Shown: positions 17,800 to 28,398, counted from the first letter of the stretch. The stretch is 64,000 nt of DNA from an uncultured Candidatus Saccharibacteria bacterium (GCA_963517325.1 CAUQDR010000001.1:236130-300129), one strand, 5' to 3'. Made by a program: numbers and translations. The notes: generated from the letters alone by a model not told the origin.

Positions 17800-19350
17800 A
17801 TGAACCACAACTTTGATCCGGACTATCTGGCTGCTAATCACCCACCCACCTTTTTCTTCTATGATTTGGAGACTTCAGGTATTAATCCGCGCGAGGATCG
17901 CATCATGCAGTTTGCTGGTCAACGTACTGACCTCGAATTTAATCCCATCGGCGATCCGGTCAATCTCTTCGTGCGTCTCGATGAAGACACTTTGCCAAGT
18001 CCCTATGCTATCGTCACAACCAATATTACCCCAAATGATACGCGCATGGATGGTCTTTCGGAGCCTGAACTCTGTAAGATTCTGCAAGAGGAAATTTTCA
18101 CCCCGAACACCATTATCTGTGGTTTTAACTCTGTGCGCTTTGATGATGAATTTATCCGCTATCTATTTTGGCGCAATTTCTATGATCCATATACTTGGCA
18201 ATATCTTGATGGTCGTAGTAAATTCGATATTTTGGATGCCGTTCGTATGGTGCGGGCGTTGCGTCCAGAGGGAATTAATTGGCCAGTTGCTATAGATTCT
18301 AAGACTGGCGAGAAAAAACCGACCAACCGCCTCGAGCTCCTCACGGCCCTGAATGGCATTACCCACGAGCATGCCCATGATGCTCTTTCCGATATTTATG
18401 CTACGATTGCCGTGGCGAAAATTATTCATGAAAAGCAGCCGAAACTTCTCGATTTTCTCTTAAAGTTTCGTGATAAAAAACAGCTTCTGCGTTTTCTTAA
18501 CGCCACGAACCTTTCCGTCGATTCCGCCACGCCTTTTGTCTACACTAGCGGTCATTATTCTAGTAAAGCTAATCACACCACCGTTGCCATTCCGATCGCC
18601 CCTGGAAAAAACCAAAATATCATAGTCTTCGATTTACGCTATAATGTCGAGGATATTTTGCAAGCGGAAAAGGAATTTAAACCCGAAGAAAAAGTCAGTC
18701 GAGCCGGTAAAAAATATCAAACTTGGTTCGATTTTTCGAAATATGTCAAGGAATTAACTCCGAGTAAATGTCCAGCTGTGGCGCCGCTCTCAGTTTTAGA
18801 TGTGGTGAGCACCGAATCTAGTTCGAATGGCATCGAGGAATTTCCGGCCGGCACCACTGGCTGGCAGAAAATTAAGCTCGAAAAATCCCAGATGGAAAAG
18901 AATCTCGAGACCCTAAAAAACCACCCAGAATTCATTGAGCGAATGCGTGAATTATTCACTCGTGAGCGTAATTTTGATAAGCTCGAGGAGGCCGAAGCGA
19001 GGCTTTATGATGGTTTCTTAAATAACGAAGATCGTAAGCAAGCTTCCGTTGTGCCGAATCTTCGTGCTAATGAGTTAGCTGATTTTCATCCGCTCTTTCA
19101 GGATGAGCGTCTCGATTCATTACTACTTAATTACAAAGGCCGTAATTTCCCAAACGCGCTCAGCCAAGATGAAATCGCGAAATTTGAAAAATACCGTGCC
19201 GCTAGAATCGCTCGTCAGACCCCTGGCTTTATCCAAGCGATGAACGATCTATTGAGACATTACCAAACTACTGGCGAAACTGCCGACGGCCGCAAGATTC
19301 TCGACTCCACCCTCGAAGATCTCAAGATGTGGTTCGAATTAGTTTCTTAA
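17800..19350 (+). CDS. sbcB: exodeoxyribonuclease I
   Basis: 516 aa. DEDDh exonuclease motifs FFFYDLETSGINPREDRIMQFAGQRTD and HDALSD. Length and C-terminal SH3-like region are typical of ExoI. Confidence 0.9.
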   Translation: MNHNFDPDYLAANHPPTFFFYDLETSGINPREDRIMQFAGQRTDLEFNPIGDPVNLFVRLDEDTLPSPYAIVTTNITPNDTRMDGLSEPELCKILQEEIFTPNTIICGFNSVRFDDEFIRYLFWRNFYDPYTWQYLDGRSKFDILDAVRMVRALRPEGINWPVAIDSKTGEKKPTNRLELLTALNGITHEHAHDALSDIYATIAVAKIIHEKQPKLLDFLLKFRDKKQLLRFLNATNLSVDSATPFVYTSGHYSSKANHTTVAIPIAPGKNQNIIVFDLRYNVEDILQAEKEFKPEEKVSRAGKKYQTWFDFSKYVKELTPSKCPAVAPLSVLDVVSTESSSNGIEEFPAGTTGWQKIKLEKSQMEKNLETLKNHPEFIERMRELFTRERNFDKLEEAEARLYDGFLNNEDRKQASVVPNLRANELADFHPLFQDERLDSLLLNYKGRNFPNALSQDEIAKFEKYRAARIARQTPGFIQAMNDLLRHYQTTGETADGRKILDSTLEDLKMWFELVS

Positions 19351-19364
19351 ACCTATTCCGTTTA

Positions 19365-19373
19365 TGCTATAAT
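19365..19373 (+). promoter_or_regulatory. extended -10 box TGCTATAAT overlapping the first ATG of the ORF-track model
   Basis: Sequence is tttatgctataatg. If this box is used, transcription starts downstream of ATG 19372 and the real start is ATG 19384. Confidence 0.45.
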
Positions 19374-21162
19374 GAAAACATATATGTGCTGCATCTCCTC
19401 TCGCCTAAGTTCATTTAAACTCTCATTGAGGTCAATAATTTTAGCTGTCTTATTCTCTGCGGTATTGTATGAATTATCTTTTTCAAGCCAGGTATTTGCC
19501 TTATATACTCCAACGCTTTCCGCTTCGGTGGATCAATCAAACCTGCAAGTAAATGGTAATCAAGTGATTAATTCTACGAATAAAACTACAGAAATTCCAT
19601 TTAATTTTACCGTTAATACGAATAATCGGACAGGGTACACTGCGACCTTAAGCACAGAAACCGAAAATACGGCGCTAACTAATAGTAGCTCTACTACTGG
19701 GGCGAAAATTAACTCAGTTAGCAATATTTTATCCTTAAATAATCTGCCAAATAATTCTTGGGGCTATAAATTCGGAGCGTCTATGAATTACGCACCGATT
19801 CCAGCTTTGTCTACACCAGCGCAAATTCTTCAAACTACAGGGAAGACTAATGGTAATGAATTGAATCAACTTAGTATTGGTATGAAACTGGCCGATAATC
19901 TAGAGTCAGGGAATTATCAGAATAAATTGGTCCTTTCTTTTGTCTCCAACCCTTACCAAATGCGCGCGATGGTGACGAATGGTCCGGATTTTAATGCAAA
20001 ATTAAAATCTCTCGAGACTGCCACAAATAAAATTGAACATTTTAAAAAGAGTGCACTTGCGCCAGTAGTTTATATGAATACGGTAGATATTCAAGATGAG
20101 GACTCTGATTATAGAATCAAACTCTGGCTAGATCCGACAGATAAGACAGCCTATTATCATGCTGAACCAGAGAAGGTTTATTTAAATACTAATAGTAGCA
20201 TGATGTTCTTTTCAGGGGATAGTGAGCAAAAAATAAAAAATATTTTAGAACTAGATCTCTCTAAGTTCGATACCTCGAGGGTGACGAATATGAGCCATAT
20301 GTTTAATGGTATGCGTAATCTCACTACCCTTAATCTTTCCAACTTTAATACCTCTAATGTGACGAATATGGGCGGCATGTTTTTTAACATGACTAACCTC
20401 ACTGCTTTTAATTTTTCAAATTTTGATACCTCGAAGGTGACGGATATGGGCTCTATGTTTTATGGTATGTCTAGTCTCACCACCCTTGATCTCTCTAATT
20501 TTAATACCTCTCAGGTGACGATTATGGGTGGTATGTTTTTTAATATGACTAACCTCACCACCCTCAATCTCTCCAATTTTGATACCTCGAATGTGACGGA
20601 TATGCGCTCTATGTTTAATGGTATGACCAACTTAGCGTCTTTAGATATTAGTAGCTTTAATACTAAAAATGTCGAAAATATGTCTGGTATGTTCTCGCTG
20701 TTGCGAAAAATTGAACATCTAGACCTTAGTCATTTTAGAACCGACAAGGTGACAAATATGGGGTCAATGTTCTATCAAATGACAGCACTAAAAACTATCA
20801 ATCTCTCCAATTTTAATACAGCAAACGTTACCGACATGTCTAGTATGTTTTCAATGGACGATAATCTAACAGAACTAGATTTAAGATCATTCACTACACC
20901 AAAGGTGGAAAATTTTGGGTATATGTTCGCTAGCTTTACTACAGATAATCGACTGACTAGAATCTATACTTCAGGTGACTGGGATACTTCTCGAGCTATT
21001 GCCGCCGGTATTAGTGCACCTAGGAATGTGTTAATATTTGCCAATCGTGTAAATTTGGTTGGCAATAATGGCTGGATTTCTACTACTCCAAATAACGTTG
21101 GTCTCGAGGCTCTGCGCATTGACCGCCATCTAGCTCCAGGCTATTTCACACTTAGATCGTAA
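19372..21162 (+). CDS. DUF285/BspA-like leucine-rich-repeat surface protein, paralogue 1 (start possibly 19384)
   Basis: 596 aa. N-terminal signal/TM, then a ~200-aa beta-rich domain (NNRTGYTATLS, NSWGYKF, GNYQNKLVLSFVSNPY). About nine 26-aa repeats of type LxLSNFDTSxVTxMxxMFxxMxxLTx follow. C-terminal PGYFT motif. Confidence 0.85.
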   Translation: MKTYMCCISSRLSSFKLSLRSIILAVLFSAVLYELSFSSQVFALYTPTLSASVDQSNLQVNGNQVINSTNKTTEIPFNFTVNTNNRTGYTATLSTETENTALTNSSSTTGAKINSVSNILSLNNLPNNSWGYKFGASMNYAPIPALSTPAQILQTTGKTNGNELNQLSIGMKLADNLESGNYQNKLVLSFVSNPYQMRAMVTNGPDFNAKLKSLETATNKIEHFKKSALAPVVYMNTVDIQDEDSDYRIKLWLDPTDKTAYYHAEPEKVYLNTNSSMMFFSGDSEQKIKNILELDLSKFDTSRVTNMSHMFNGMRNLTTLNLSNFNTSNVTNMGGMFFNMTNLTAFNFSNFDTSKVTDMGSMFYGMSSLTTLDLSNFNTSQVTIMGGMFFNMTNLTTLNLSNFDTSNVTDMRSMFNGMTNLASLDISSFNTKNVENMSGMFSLLRKIEHLDLSHFRTDKVTNMGSMFYQMTALKTINLSNFNTANVTDMSSMFSMDDNLTELDLRSFTTPKVENFGYMFASFTTDNRLTRIYTSGDWDTSRAIAAGISAPRNVLIFANRVNLVGNNGWISTTPNNVGLEALRIDRHLAPGYFTLRS

Positions 21163-21194
21163 ACTTCTCACATCTCGACAAAACGCTAATTTTT

Positions 21195-21203
21195 TGTTAT
21201 AAT
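21195..21203 (+). promoter_or_regulatory. extended -10 box TGTTATAAT upstream of uvrA
   Basis: Sequence is tttgttataat, with a 17-nt leader and no obvious SD. Confidence 0.35.
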
Positions 21204-21220
21204 ACCTGATTGATTTAAGT

Positions 21221-24184
21221 ATGGAAAATGGGACTAAAAACGTGGAAGAACTAGTAAAAAATAAGGGTCTACTCTCTCCGGGTGGTAAGGCACTTCTGAA
21301 AGATAATCCAGATAACTACATCAAGATTCGTGGCGCTAGGCAGAATAATCTTAAGAATATCGATCTCGATATTCCACGCGATAAGCTGGTGGTGATTACT
21401 GGGCTTTCTGGTTCTGGTAAATCCAGCCTCGCCTTCGACACGATTTATGCTGAAGGTCAGCGTCGTTATGTTGAGTCACTTTCCTCTTATGCGCGTATGT
21501 TTCTCGGCGTGATGGATAAGCCGGACTTTGATACGATCACTGGGCTTTCACCAGCCATTTCTATCGACCAAAAATCTACCTCTAGAAACCCTCGTTCTAC
21601 TGTCGCTACGGTTACGGAAGTTTATGATTACTTGCGCTTACTTTTTGCGCGTGTCGGTGTGCCGCATTGTCCGATTTGTCACCGCGAAGTATCTAAACGT
21701 TCCGTGGAAGATATCGTCAATGAAGTCATGAAGCTTCCGATTGGTTCGAAATTGATGCTACTTGCGCCAATTGTGCAACAGAAAAAAGGTGAATTTCTCC
21801 ACATCTCCGAACAATACCTCCAAAAGGGTTTCTCTCGCGTGCGCGTGGATGGTGTGGTTTATGCCTTGGATGAATTCCCGACTCTTGAAAAACAGGAACG
21901 TCACGATATCGAACTAGTAGTTGACCGCTTCATTTTGAACCCAGAACTTTATTCCCGCATTTCTAGCTCCATCGAGCAGGCTCTCGAGCTTGGGCAGGGG
22001 CTAATTATGCTGCTCAAGATTAATGATAATTCTTCCACCATTGAAGGGAAGAATCTCGGTAAATCTAATACCGAAGTTCTTACTTATTCTCAGCGCTACG
22101 CCTGCCCAGTTCACCCAGATGAATTGATTCCAGAACTCGAACCACGTCTATTTTCCTTCAATGCACCTCAAGGCGCCTGTCCGACCTGTACGGGTCTTGG
22201 TACGCGTATGGAAATCGATCCGAATCTCGTATTCAATCAAAATCTTACTATTGCCGAAGGCGGTATTCGCCCATTTAATCGCGTACAAAGTGACTCTTGG
22301 TGGCTCAAACGTCTCTCGGCGGTGGCTGCGCGTCATGGTTTTTCGATTCACGTGCCAATTCGCGAGCTCACCGAAGAGCAAAAACATTTAATCCTTTATG
22401 GCACTGGTAATGAAAAATACGAAGTTAAAATTTCTGGCTCCGGTAAGTTTAAGGATGGTGCGACTTATGAGTCAATCTATGAAGGTGTCATCCCGACTCT
22501 TGAGCGTCGCCATAAGGAAACCGACTCTGATTTTATGCGCAAGGATATTGAACGATTCATGCGCGTACATGAATGTCAAACTTGTCACGGTGCTAGATTG
22601 AAGCCCGTCGTGCTCGCTGTGACTATTCACGGATTAAATATTAATGATTTCTGTAATTTAGACGTTGACGCGATGCTGGATGTTTTATCTCAGGATCTTG
22701 AATTTACCGAAGCAGAGGCCTTAATTGCGCGCCCAATTCTCAAAGTCATTCGTGAACGAGTTAAATTCATGCAGGACGTTGGTCTAGGTTATCTTGAGCT
22801 TAGTCGTGCCGCCAATACTCTCTCTGGTGGGGAAGCTCAACGCATTCGCTTGGCTACCCAAATCGGTTCTGGTCTCCAGGGCGTGTTATATGTGCTCGAT
22901 GAACCGTCGATCGGTCTACATCAACGTGATAATGATAAGCTTATTTCGACTTTGAGGCATCTGCGTGATCTTAGAAATACCGTGCTAGTTGTCGAACATG
23001 ATGAAGATACCATGATGAGTGCGGACTATTTGGTTGATATTGGCCCAGGCGCCGGTGCGCGTGGTGGTCAGGTGATTTCCGCTGGTACGCCAGAGGAAAT
23101 TGCGCATGACTCGGATTCGCTCACTGGTAAATATTTATCCGGTGCCAAGAAAATTCCTGTACCGAAAACCCGTCGTAGGCCAAAACTTAATCAATACCTC
23201 ACCGTAGTAGGCGCAAGGGAAAATAACTTGAAAAATCTCACGGTTAAATTCCCGCTCGGGGTAATGACAGTAGTTTCTGGCGTTTCTGGTTCTGGTAAGT
23301 CTACTTTGGTTAATGAAATCTTAGCTAACGAATTACTCGCTCGTCTTCATCGTGCTCAAACCGTGGCTGGTGAACATGAACGTATCGATGGTATTGATAA
23401 CTTAGATAAATGTATTGTGATAGACCAGAGTCCAATTGGTCGTACACCACGCTCAAACCCGGCTACCTATACAGGTGTCTTTACCGCCATCCGCGAACTT
23501 TTTGCCGCTCAACCAGAAGCGGAGATTCGTGGTTATAAGGCTGGTCGTTTCTCCTTCAATGTCAAAGGTGGTCGCTGTGAGACCTGTCAAGGTGACGGTG
23601 TGAATAAGATTGAAATGCACTTCTTACCGGATGTTTACGTCACCTGTCCGACCTGTCATGGCAAACGCTATAATCGTGAAGCGCTCGAGGTAAAATACAA
23701 GGGTAAGGATATTTCTGATGTCCTAAACATGACTATCGACGAGGCGGTGGAGTTCTTCGAAAATATTCCTGCTATCGCTAATAAACTGAAGACTATTCAA
23801 GAGGTTGGTCTCGGTTATATTCGTCTCGGCCAGTCCGCTACTACTTTCTCGGGTGGTGAAGCCCAACGTATCAAAATCGCCACCGAGCTTTCTCGTCGTT
23901 CGACCGGCAAGACTCTTTATATTTTGGATGAGCCAACCACTGGTCTGCATACCGATGATGTGAATCGCCTCTTGAAAATCCTAGATCGCTTGGTTGCTGG
24001 CGGCAATACCATGGTTATTATCGAACATAATTTACATGTGATTAAAAGTGCCGACTGGATTATTGATATGGGTCCAGAAGGTGGGCAACATGGTGGTCAA
24101 ATTATCGCCGAAGGTACACCAGAAGAAATCGCCAAAAATGATCAAACCCCAACCGGCGTTTATCTTCGAGAATTTCTCAAGTAA
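21221..24184 (+). CDS. uvrA: excinuclease ABC subunit A
   Basis: 987 aa. Two ABC modules ([23 protein letters not shown]; LSGGEAQR x2), CxxC zinc modules, and conserved FNxxxGxCxxCxGxG. Confidence 0.98.
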   Translation: MENGTKNVEELVKNKGLLSPGGKALLKDNPDNYIKIRGARQNNLKNIDLDIPRDKLVVITGLSGSGKSSLAFDTIYAEGQRRYVESLSSYARMFLGVMDKPDFDTITGLSPAISIDQKSTSRNPRSTVATVTEVYDYLRLLFARVGVPHCPICHREVSKRSVEDIVNEVMKLPIGSKLMLLAPIVQQKKGEFLHISEQYLQKGFSRVRVDGVVYALDEFPTLEKQERHDIELVVDRFILNPELYSRISSSIEQALELGQGLIMLLKINDNSSTIEGKNLGKSNTEVLTYSQRYACPVHPDELIPELEPRLFSFNAPQGACPTCTGLGTRMEIDPNLVFNQNLTIAEGGIRPFNRVQSDSWWLKRLSAVAARHGFSIHVPIRELTEEQKHLILYGTGNEKYEVKISGSGKFKDGATYESIYEGVIPTLERRHKETDSDFMRKDIERFMRVHECQTCHGARLKPVVLAVTIHGLNINDFCNLDVDAMLDVLSQDLEFTEAEALIARPILKVIRERVKFMQDVGLGYLELSRAANTLSGGEAQRIRLATQIGSGLQGVLYVLDEPSIGLHQRDNDKLISTLRHLRDLRNTVLVVEHDEDTMMSADYLVDIGPGAGARGGQVISAGTPEEIAHDSDSLTGKYLSGAKKIPVPKTRRRPKLNQYLTVVGARENNLKNLTVKFPLGVMTVVSGVSGSGKSTLVNEILANELLARLHRAQTVAGEHERIDGIDNLDKCIVIDQSPIGRTPRSNPATYTGVFTAIRELFAAQPEAEIRGYKAGRFSFNVKGGRCETCQGDGVNKIEMHFLPDVYVTCPTCHGKRYNREALEVKYKGKDISDVLNMTIDEAVEFFENIPAIANKLKTIQEVGLGYIRLGQSATTFSGGEAQRIKIATELSRRSTGKTLYILDEPTTGLHTDDVNRLLKILDRLVAGGNTMVIIEHNLHVIKSADWIIDMGPEGGQHGGQIIAEGTPEEIAKNDQTPTGVYLREFLK

Positions 24185-24215
24185 AAACAGCCTTTAGTTT
24201 AAGTATTGCGCCATT

Positions 24216-24248
24216 TAAAAAATCCCTAGTCAGACTAGGGATTTTTTG
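24216..24248. terminator. bidirectional intrinsic terminator between convergent uvrA and the 291-aa ORF
   Basis: Sequence aaaaaatccctagt-cag-actagggatttttt. An 8-bp stem is flanked by A-run and T-run. Confidence 0.75.
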
Positions 24249-24299
24249 AATCGTAGTATATCCAGTAGTTTGTCTTATCTACTTATTCGGTCGGTTATC

Positions 24300-25175
24300 T
24301 TATCTAATTGCTAAGGCTTCGCGCAGCTTATCGGATAATTGATTGATCTTCAGAGTCTTGTTGGCCTTTGAATTTTCGACATTAATTTTCGCAAGCATCA
24401 GAGCGCGCTGTAAATTCCAGTCTGTAATTAGTGCCGAGAAAATCGTGCCCGCAATAATTGTCGCTGCGACGTCACGCGTCACCTTTATGTCCTTATTTCG
24501 AAAATCTTCCTTAAAAACCCCAGCCAGAATTTGATTATCGGTTACATAAATTAATTTTAAGGTCGAAAGTGTGCTGAGAATTTGTTTAATTTTCATCATT
24601 TGGGATTTTTTACCCATCACGAAAACCATTTCTGCTCGCTGCAAAAGACGATAAAAAGTCGTCAAATTTGTTTTGCTTAAATCTGGCGCACTCAGTAATT
24701 TTGGTAGTTCCGATCGATCAAAACACCACGCTAATTTAGTTTTTGGATGTGACTCTAAGTAATCCAAAATCGTCTTAATCTGTACGTTATTTAATTCCGC
24801 CGACCAATCAATGTAAATGTAATCAAAATTAGCTGTGCGTTTTTCTAAAATTTTGCTATTAAAATCACATTGCTTGACAAATTCTGGCGCCAAATTAATA
24901 TAATTATTTTTCGAAAGCAAAATATATTGAAAATCATCACAAGTTTCTGGATTTTCCGGGCTAAAAGCCGTCTCCGTCTCAATCCGAAAATTCGAAATTA
25001 CCTCATCGGCCAGCTTCTGCCCGGTCATGATACTGAAGCGATCGTTATAGTATTTTTCACCCCCATCATAAACCAAGTCCAGGTGCGCATTCTGGTTTTT
25101 GTCTAGTTCAAAATTTTTGGCATCCAGAGAAAGATAAACGTTTTTAATATTTTTACCAATAATTAATACTTTCAT
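24300..25175 (-). CDS. hypothetical protein (weak ribokinase/PfkB-like layout, catalytic GAGD motif absent)
   Basis: 291 aa. N-terminal MKVLIIGKN. The C-terminal VTRDVAATIIAGTIFSALI sits where PfkB kinases carry DTxGAGDxF. Overlaps the upstream pseudouridine synthase gene by 4 nt. Confidence 0.4.
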   Translation of the reverse strand: MKVLIIGKNIKNVYLSLDAKNFELDKNQNAHLDLVYDGGEKYYNDRFSIMTGQKLADEVISNFRIETETAFSPENPETCDDFQYILLSKNNYINLAPEFVKQCDFNSKILEKRTANFDYIYIDWSAELNNVQIKTILDYLESHPKTKLAWCFDRSELPKLLSAPDLSKTNLTTFYRLLQRAEMVFVMGKKSQMMKIKQILSTLSTLKLIYVTDNQILAGVFKEDFRNKDIKVTRDVAATIIAGTIFSALITDWNLQRALMLAKINVENSKANKTLKINQLSDKLREALAIR

Positions 25176-25855
25176 CTTTTCTCCACCTCTTTAAATTCAC
25201 CATCCTTTAAGTTTTCTAGCGTATATCTTCCAAATTCAATGCGATGCAGTTCCATTACTTTATAACCTACCGCCAGGAAAGTGCGGCGAATTTGACGATT
25301 TCGCCCCTCACTCATTTCTACTAGAAAGGTACAGCCACTCGGGTCGGATTCTTCTTTTTTGAGGAATAATTTACTCTTACCATCCGGCAAATCAATGCCC
25401 ATATCAGAAATCATTTGTTGGTGTAGTGGCGCAAGTGGGCGATTTAGTTTTACAATGTAGCTTTTGATTTTGAAAAACTTTGGATGGGTCATCGAGAAAG
25501 CAAAATCACCGTCGTTGGTTAATAAAATTAACCCTGAACTGTCCTTATCGAGTCTACCCACCGTCTTCAATCCTTGGTATTTTTCGGGCAAAAGTTCAAA
25601 AAGAGTTGGCGTCTCACCCTGGCGTTTCTTGGAGCAAACATATCCCACGGGCTTATTTAGGATTAGATAAGTAAAACCTTTACGCTCTTCAATTTTTTGA
25701 CCGTCCAAAAAGACCTCATCGCGCGTTTCATCGAATCGACGGCCTAAAATGGCAACTTCCTGGTTGATTTTTACGCGACCATCTGCGATGAGGTTATCGG
25801 CTTCGCGGCGCGAAACGCCAGTTTGTTCGGCTAAAAATTTATTTAATCTATACAT
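25172..25855 (-). CDS. pseudouridine synthase, RsuA/RluB family
   Basis: 227 aa. S4 domain (RLNKFLAEQTGVSRREADNLIADGRVKIN) and catalytic GRLDKDSSGLILLTNDG. Confidence 0.9.
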   Translation of the reverse strand: MYRLNKFLAEQTGVSRREADNLIADGRVKINQEVAILGRRFDETRDEVFLDGQKIEERKGFTYLILNKPVGYVCSKKRQGETPTLFELLPEKYQGLKTVGRLDKDSSGLILLTNDGDFAFSMTHPKFFKIKSYIVKLNRPLAPLHQQMISDMGIDLPDGKSKLFLKKEESDPSGCTFLVEMSEGRNRQIRRTFLAVGYKVMELHRIEFGRYTLENLKDGEFKEVEKR

Positions 25856-26549
25856 TACCTAGAAATGGATTAGAGTTATTGATCGATGGCTGGACTGGCG
25901 CGACGGGCTGAGTTTGAACTGGCTGAGCTTGGGTGGCTGGCTGTGTCGGAGTGGTCGGTTGAGCTTGCATAGCCGGCTGTGCAGGTGTAAAGGGTTGAGC
26001 TGACATAGCTGGTTGTGCTGATAGGATAGACTGTATCGGAGCTTGTGCCTGCATTGCAGTTTTGGCCGGTGAGGCAGGTTGTGTTGTTGTTACGGCTGGA
26101 GTTTGTGCTGGCGCAGCCGCGAATTGAGTCATCATATTATCTGTAGTCGGAGCAGTTGCTGCGGCGACTGGTGCACCATTTGCGTCATTTAAGACTTCAT
26201 GAACAGCATTCACTACATCTTCAATTCCTACTTGCGATTTTACGAGGAAACGGTCCGCCCCAAGCGATTCACCACGGGCTTTTTGATCATCCGCTGAAAG
26301 TGCGGTCATCATAATTACCTTAATATTGGCGGTTTCTGGCGTCGAACGCAAAATATCGAGCATGTCAAAGCCAGAAATCTTTGGCATCATCACATCAGAA
26401 ATAATTAAGTCTGGGCGTTCTTTTACTGCTAGGGCAAGAGCTGCTTCGCCGTCACCCGCGGAGGCAATTTCATAACCTTCCGCCGTTAATCTAATTCCGT
26501 AAATCTCGCGTAAGCTTTGGTCGTCTTCAACTAATAAAATTTTTGTCAT
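25848..26549 (-). CDS. response regulator, receiver domain only, with Pro/Ala/Gln/Thr-rich C-terminal tail
   Basis: 233 aa. Receiver residues ILLVEDD, DLIISDVMMP and MMTA..K. No HTH or other output domain. The ~110-aa tail is low-complexity and ends NNSNPFLGNV. Confidence 0.88.
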   Translation of the reverse strand: MTKILLVEDDQSLREIYGIRLTAEGYEIASAGDGEAALALAVKERPDLIISDVMMPKISGFDMLDILRSTPETANIKVIMMTALSADDQKARGESLGADRFLVKSQVGIEDVVNAVHEVLNDANGAPVAAATAPTTDNMMTQFAAAPAQTPAVTTTQPASPAKTAMQAQAPIQSILSAQPAMSAQPFTPAQPAMQAQPTTPTQPATQAQPVQTQPVAPVQPSINNSNPFLGNV

Positions 26550-26558
26550 CTTCTCTCC

Positions 26559-28382
26559 TTACTTATTTAAGATGTTTGGGTTAGTTGGCGTAATTGGTGG
26601 GGTAGGCATAGTGGTGTTAATCGGTATAGCTGGAGTCGGGGCAGGATTGACTGACGCAGCTGGAGTCTGAGTAGGATTGACTGGTGCAGTTGGAGTCGAA
26701 GCAGGATTGACTGATACGGTTGAGGTCGAGGCGGGATTAGCCGGCGCGGTCGGCATGGTTTGTGTGTTTTGCGTGGTCGGTATAGTAGTTGTATTTTGAG
26801 CTGGAGTTGTAGTATTCTGCAAGAATGGATTGGATTGTGCAGTTGGCATAGCTGGTATAGCCGGTGTCGCAGAAACTATCGGAGTTGTAGATGTGGGTGA
26901 TACAGTTGGTTCAATTGGAGCTGAAATAATTGGTTCAGTTGGAGCTGGTGTTTGCATCTGAATTGGCGCAGACGGTTCAGTAGGAATTTGCGTTGATGCC
27001 GGTGCTGGCGTCTGAATTGGCGCCATAGTCGTCATTGCTTGTGGTTGTGTTTGTGCAGTAGGACCCGTTGGTGCCGGGGTCTGATTTTCATTAGCCTCTA
27101 AGACGCCAGGATTGGATATATTGGGAACAGAAGTGACGGTATTTTGTGGCGTCATTGCCTGAGTATTGGCTTCAATCTGTTTGCGGCGCAAATATTCTTC
27201 GTAGGTCAGGCGAGGGAAGGCCACGTAGAAAGTCGAGCCTTCACCGAAGGTGCTTTCCACCCAAGTCGAACCACTCATGGCTTCCACGCGTTCCTTCACA
27301 ATATAAAGTCCCAGACCAGTACCTCCAATCGTGCGAGTTTCTGAATTATCCGCACGGTAGAATTTTTGAAAAACATGTTTGCTATCTTCTGGAGAAATAC
27401 CAATACCAGTGTCTGTCACATTAATCAAAACACGGTCGCCATCGCCACGCACATTCACCCAAATTCCACCCCCGTTATTGGTATATTTAATCGCGTTTTC
27501 GATCAGGTTATTAATAATCTCACGTAAGAAATCCACATCGACCGCCGCAAAAACCTCTTGATTGATTACGCGTCCGCCATTCATATTGGCGGAAGAGGAA
27601 GAGCCAAAAGTAAAATGAATATCTTTTTCACTCATTTTAGGAATTTGACCTTCGGCAATCGAGCGCACTGTCGAGGTCACCTCAATCGGCGTGAGATGGG
27701 CTTTAATTCTTTTGTCATCAAGCTTGGTCACATCGAGAAGATCTCTGAATAATTTGCCGAGATGTTGGGAAGATTTATGCGCCTCTTCCAGATATTTTTT
27801 AGCGCGTTCGTCAATCGTGGCGGTTTTTGGATTTAAAGCCAAACCTAAATAGCCTTCGATCGAAGCTACTGGTGTGCGCATTTCATGAGAAGCTGTCGAA
27901 ATAAATTCGGTTTGCTCACTCTCGGCCTCCAGTTCGGAAGTAATATCATAAAAAGTTACGATGCGCTCATTTTTAGGTGAATGCGCGGTAATAATCTTGA
28001 ATGCCACGGGCTTTTTCTGACCCTGCAGATTAACCAAAAAATATTCCCGCGTGGTGTAATTTTGGCCATTATTTACCGCATAGAAAACCAGGTTATTTTG
28101 CGCTGGAATCGCTACGCCTTGGCCGTTTTCAAGTTTCAAAATATCTTCTAATTTAGCTCCCAAAAAGTTTTGCGACATCTGTCCACCTAGTAAGCTCACT
28201 GCTGCTGGATTGATGTACTCAATTACTCCAGTCGGCAACACAATAATTACGCCACTATCAGTCGTATTTAGTACTAGATTAGCTAAAATTTCTGCACTCT
28301 CCGCACCTGACACCGCGCCACCAGTATTATTTACGCCTGCCTGTGCGTCCGGTCCTTTTTTAATAAAATCAAAGATACTCAT
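26559..28382 (-). CDS. cytoplasmic PAS sensor histidine kinase with ~200-aa Pro/Thr-rich C-terminal tail
   Basis: 607 aa. PAS-like N-terminus. H-box STASHEMRTPVASI, N box NLIENAIKYT, G boxes DTGIGI and GGTGLGL. No TM helix. The tail contains SNPFLQN and 11-aa VNPxxTPxAxx repeats (33-nt DNA period near 26640-26740). Confidence 0.9.
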   Translation of the reverse strand: MSIFDFIKKGPDAQAGVNNTGGAVSGAESAEILANLVLNTTDSGVIIVLPTGVIEYINPAAVSLLGGQMSQNFLGAKLEDILKLENGQGVAIPAQNNLVFYAVNNGQNYTTREYFLVNLQGQKKPVAFKIITAHSPKNERIVTFYDITSELEAESEQTEFISTASHEMRTPVASIEGYLGLALNPKTATIDERAKKYLEEAHKSSQHLGKLFRDLLDVTKLDDKRIKAHLTPIEVTSTVRSIAEGQIPKMSEKDIHFTFGSSSSANMNGGRVINQEVFAAVDVDFLREIINNLIENAIKYTNNGGGIWVNVRGDGDRVLINVTDTGIGISPEDSKHVFQKFYRADNSETRTIGGTGLGLYIVKERVEAMSGSTWVESTFGEGSTFYVAFPRLTYEEYLRRKQIEANTQAMTPQNTVTSVPNISNPGVLEANENQTPAPTGPTAQTQPQAMTTMAPIQTPAPASTQIPTEPSAPIQMQTPAPTEPIISAPIEPTVSPTSTTPIVSATPAIPAMPTAQSNPFLQNTTTPAQNTTTIPTTQNTQTMPTAPANPASTSTVSVNPASTPTAPVNPTQTPAASVNPAPTPAIPINTTMPTPPITPTNPNILNK

Positions 28383-28389
28383 TAAGCTT

Positions 28390-28398
28390 ATTTTAGCA
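28390..28398 (-). promoter_or_regulatory. extended -10 box TGCTAAAAT, 7 nt from the kinase ATG (leaderless)
   Basis: The reverse complement reads tttatgctaaaat-aagctta-ATG (ATG at 28382). Confidence 0.5.

Noticed and set aside
17813-18295. 160-aa alternative-frame plus-strand ORF
   Set aside because: It is embedded out of frame in sbcB, whose DEDDh exonuclease motifs define the true frame.
20250-20900. Regular ~78-nt DNA periodicity that could be mistaken for a CRISPR or satellite array
   Set aside because: The repeats are in frame within a long ORF and encode the 26-aa DUF285 unit. There are no unique spacers, no leader and no cas genes.
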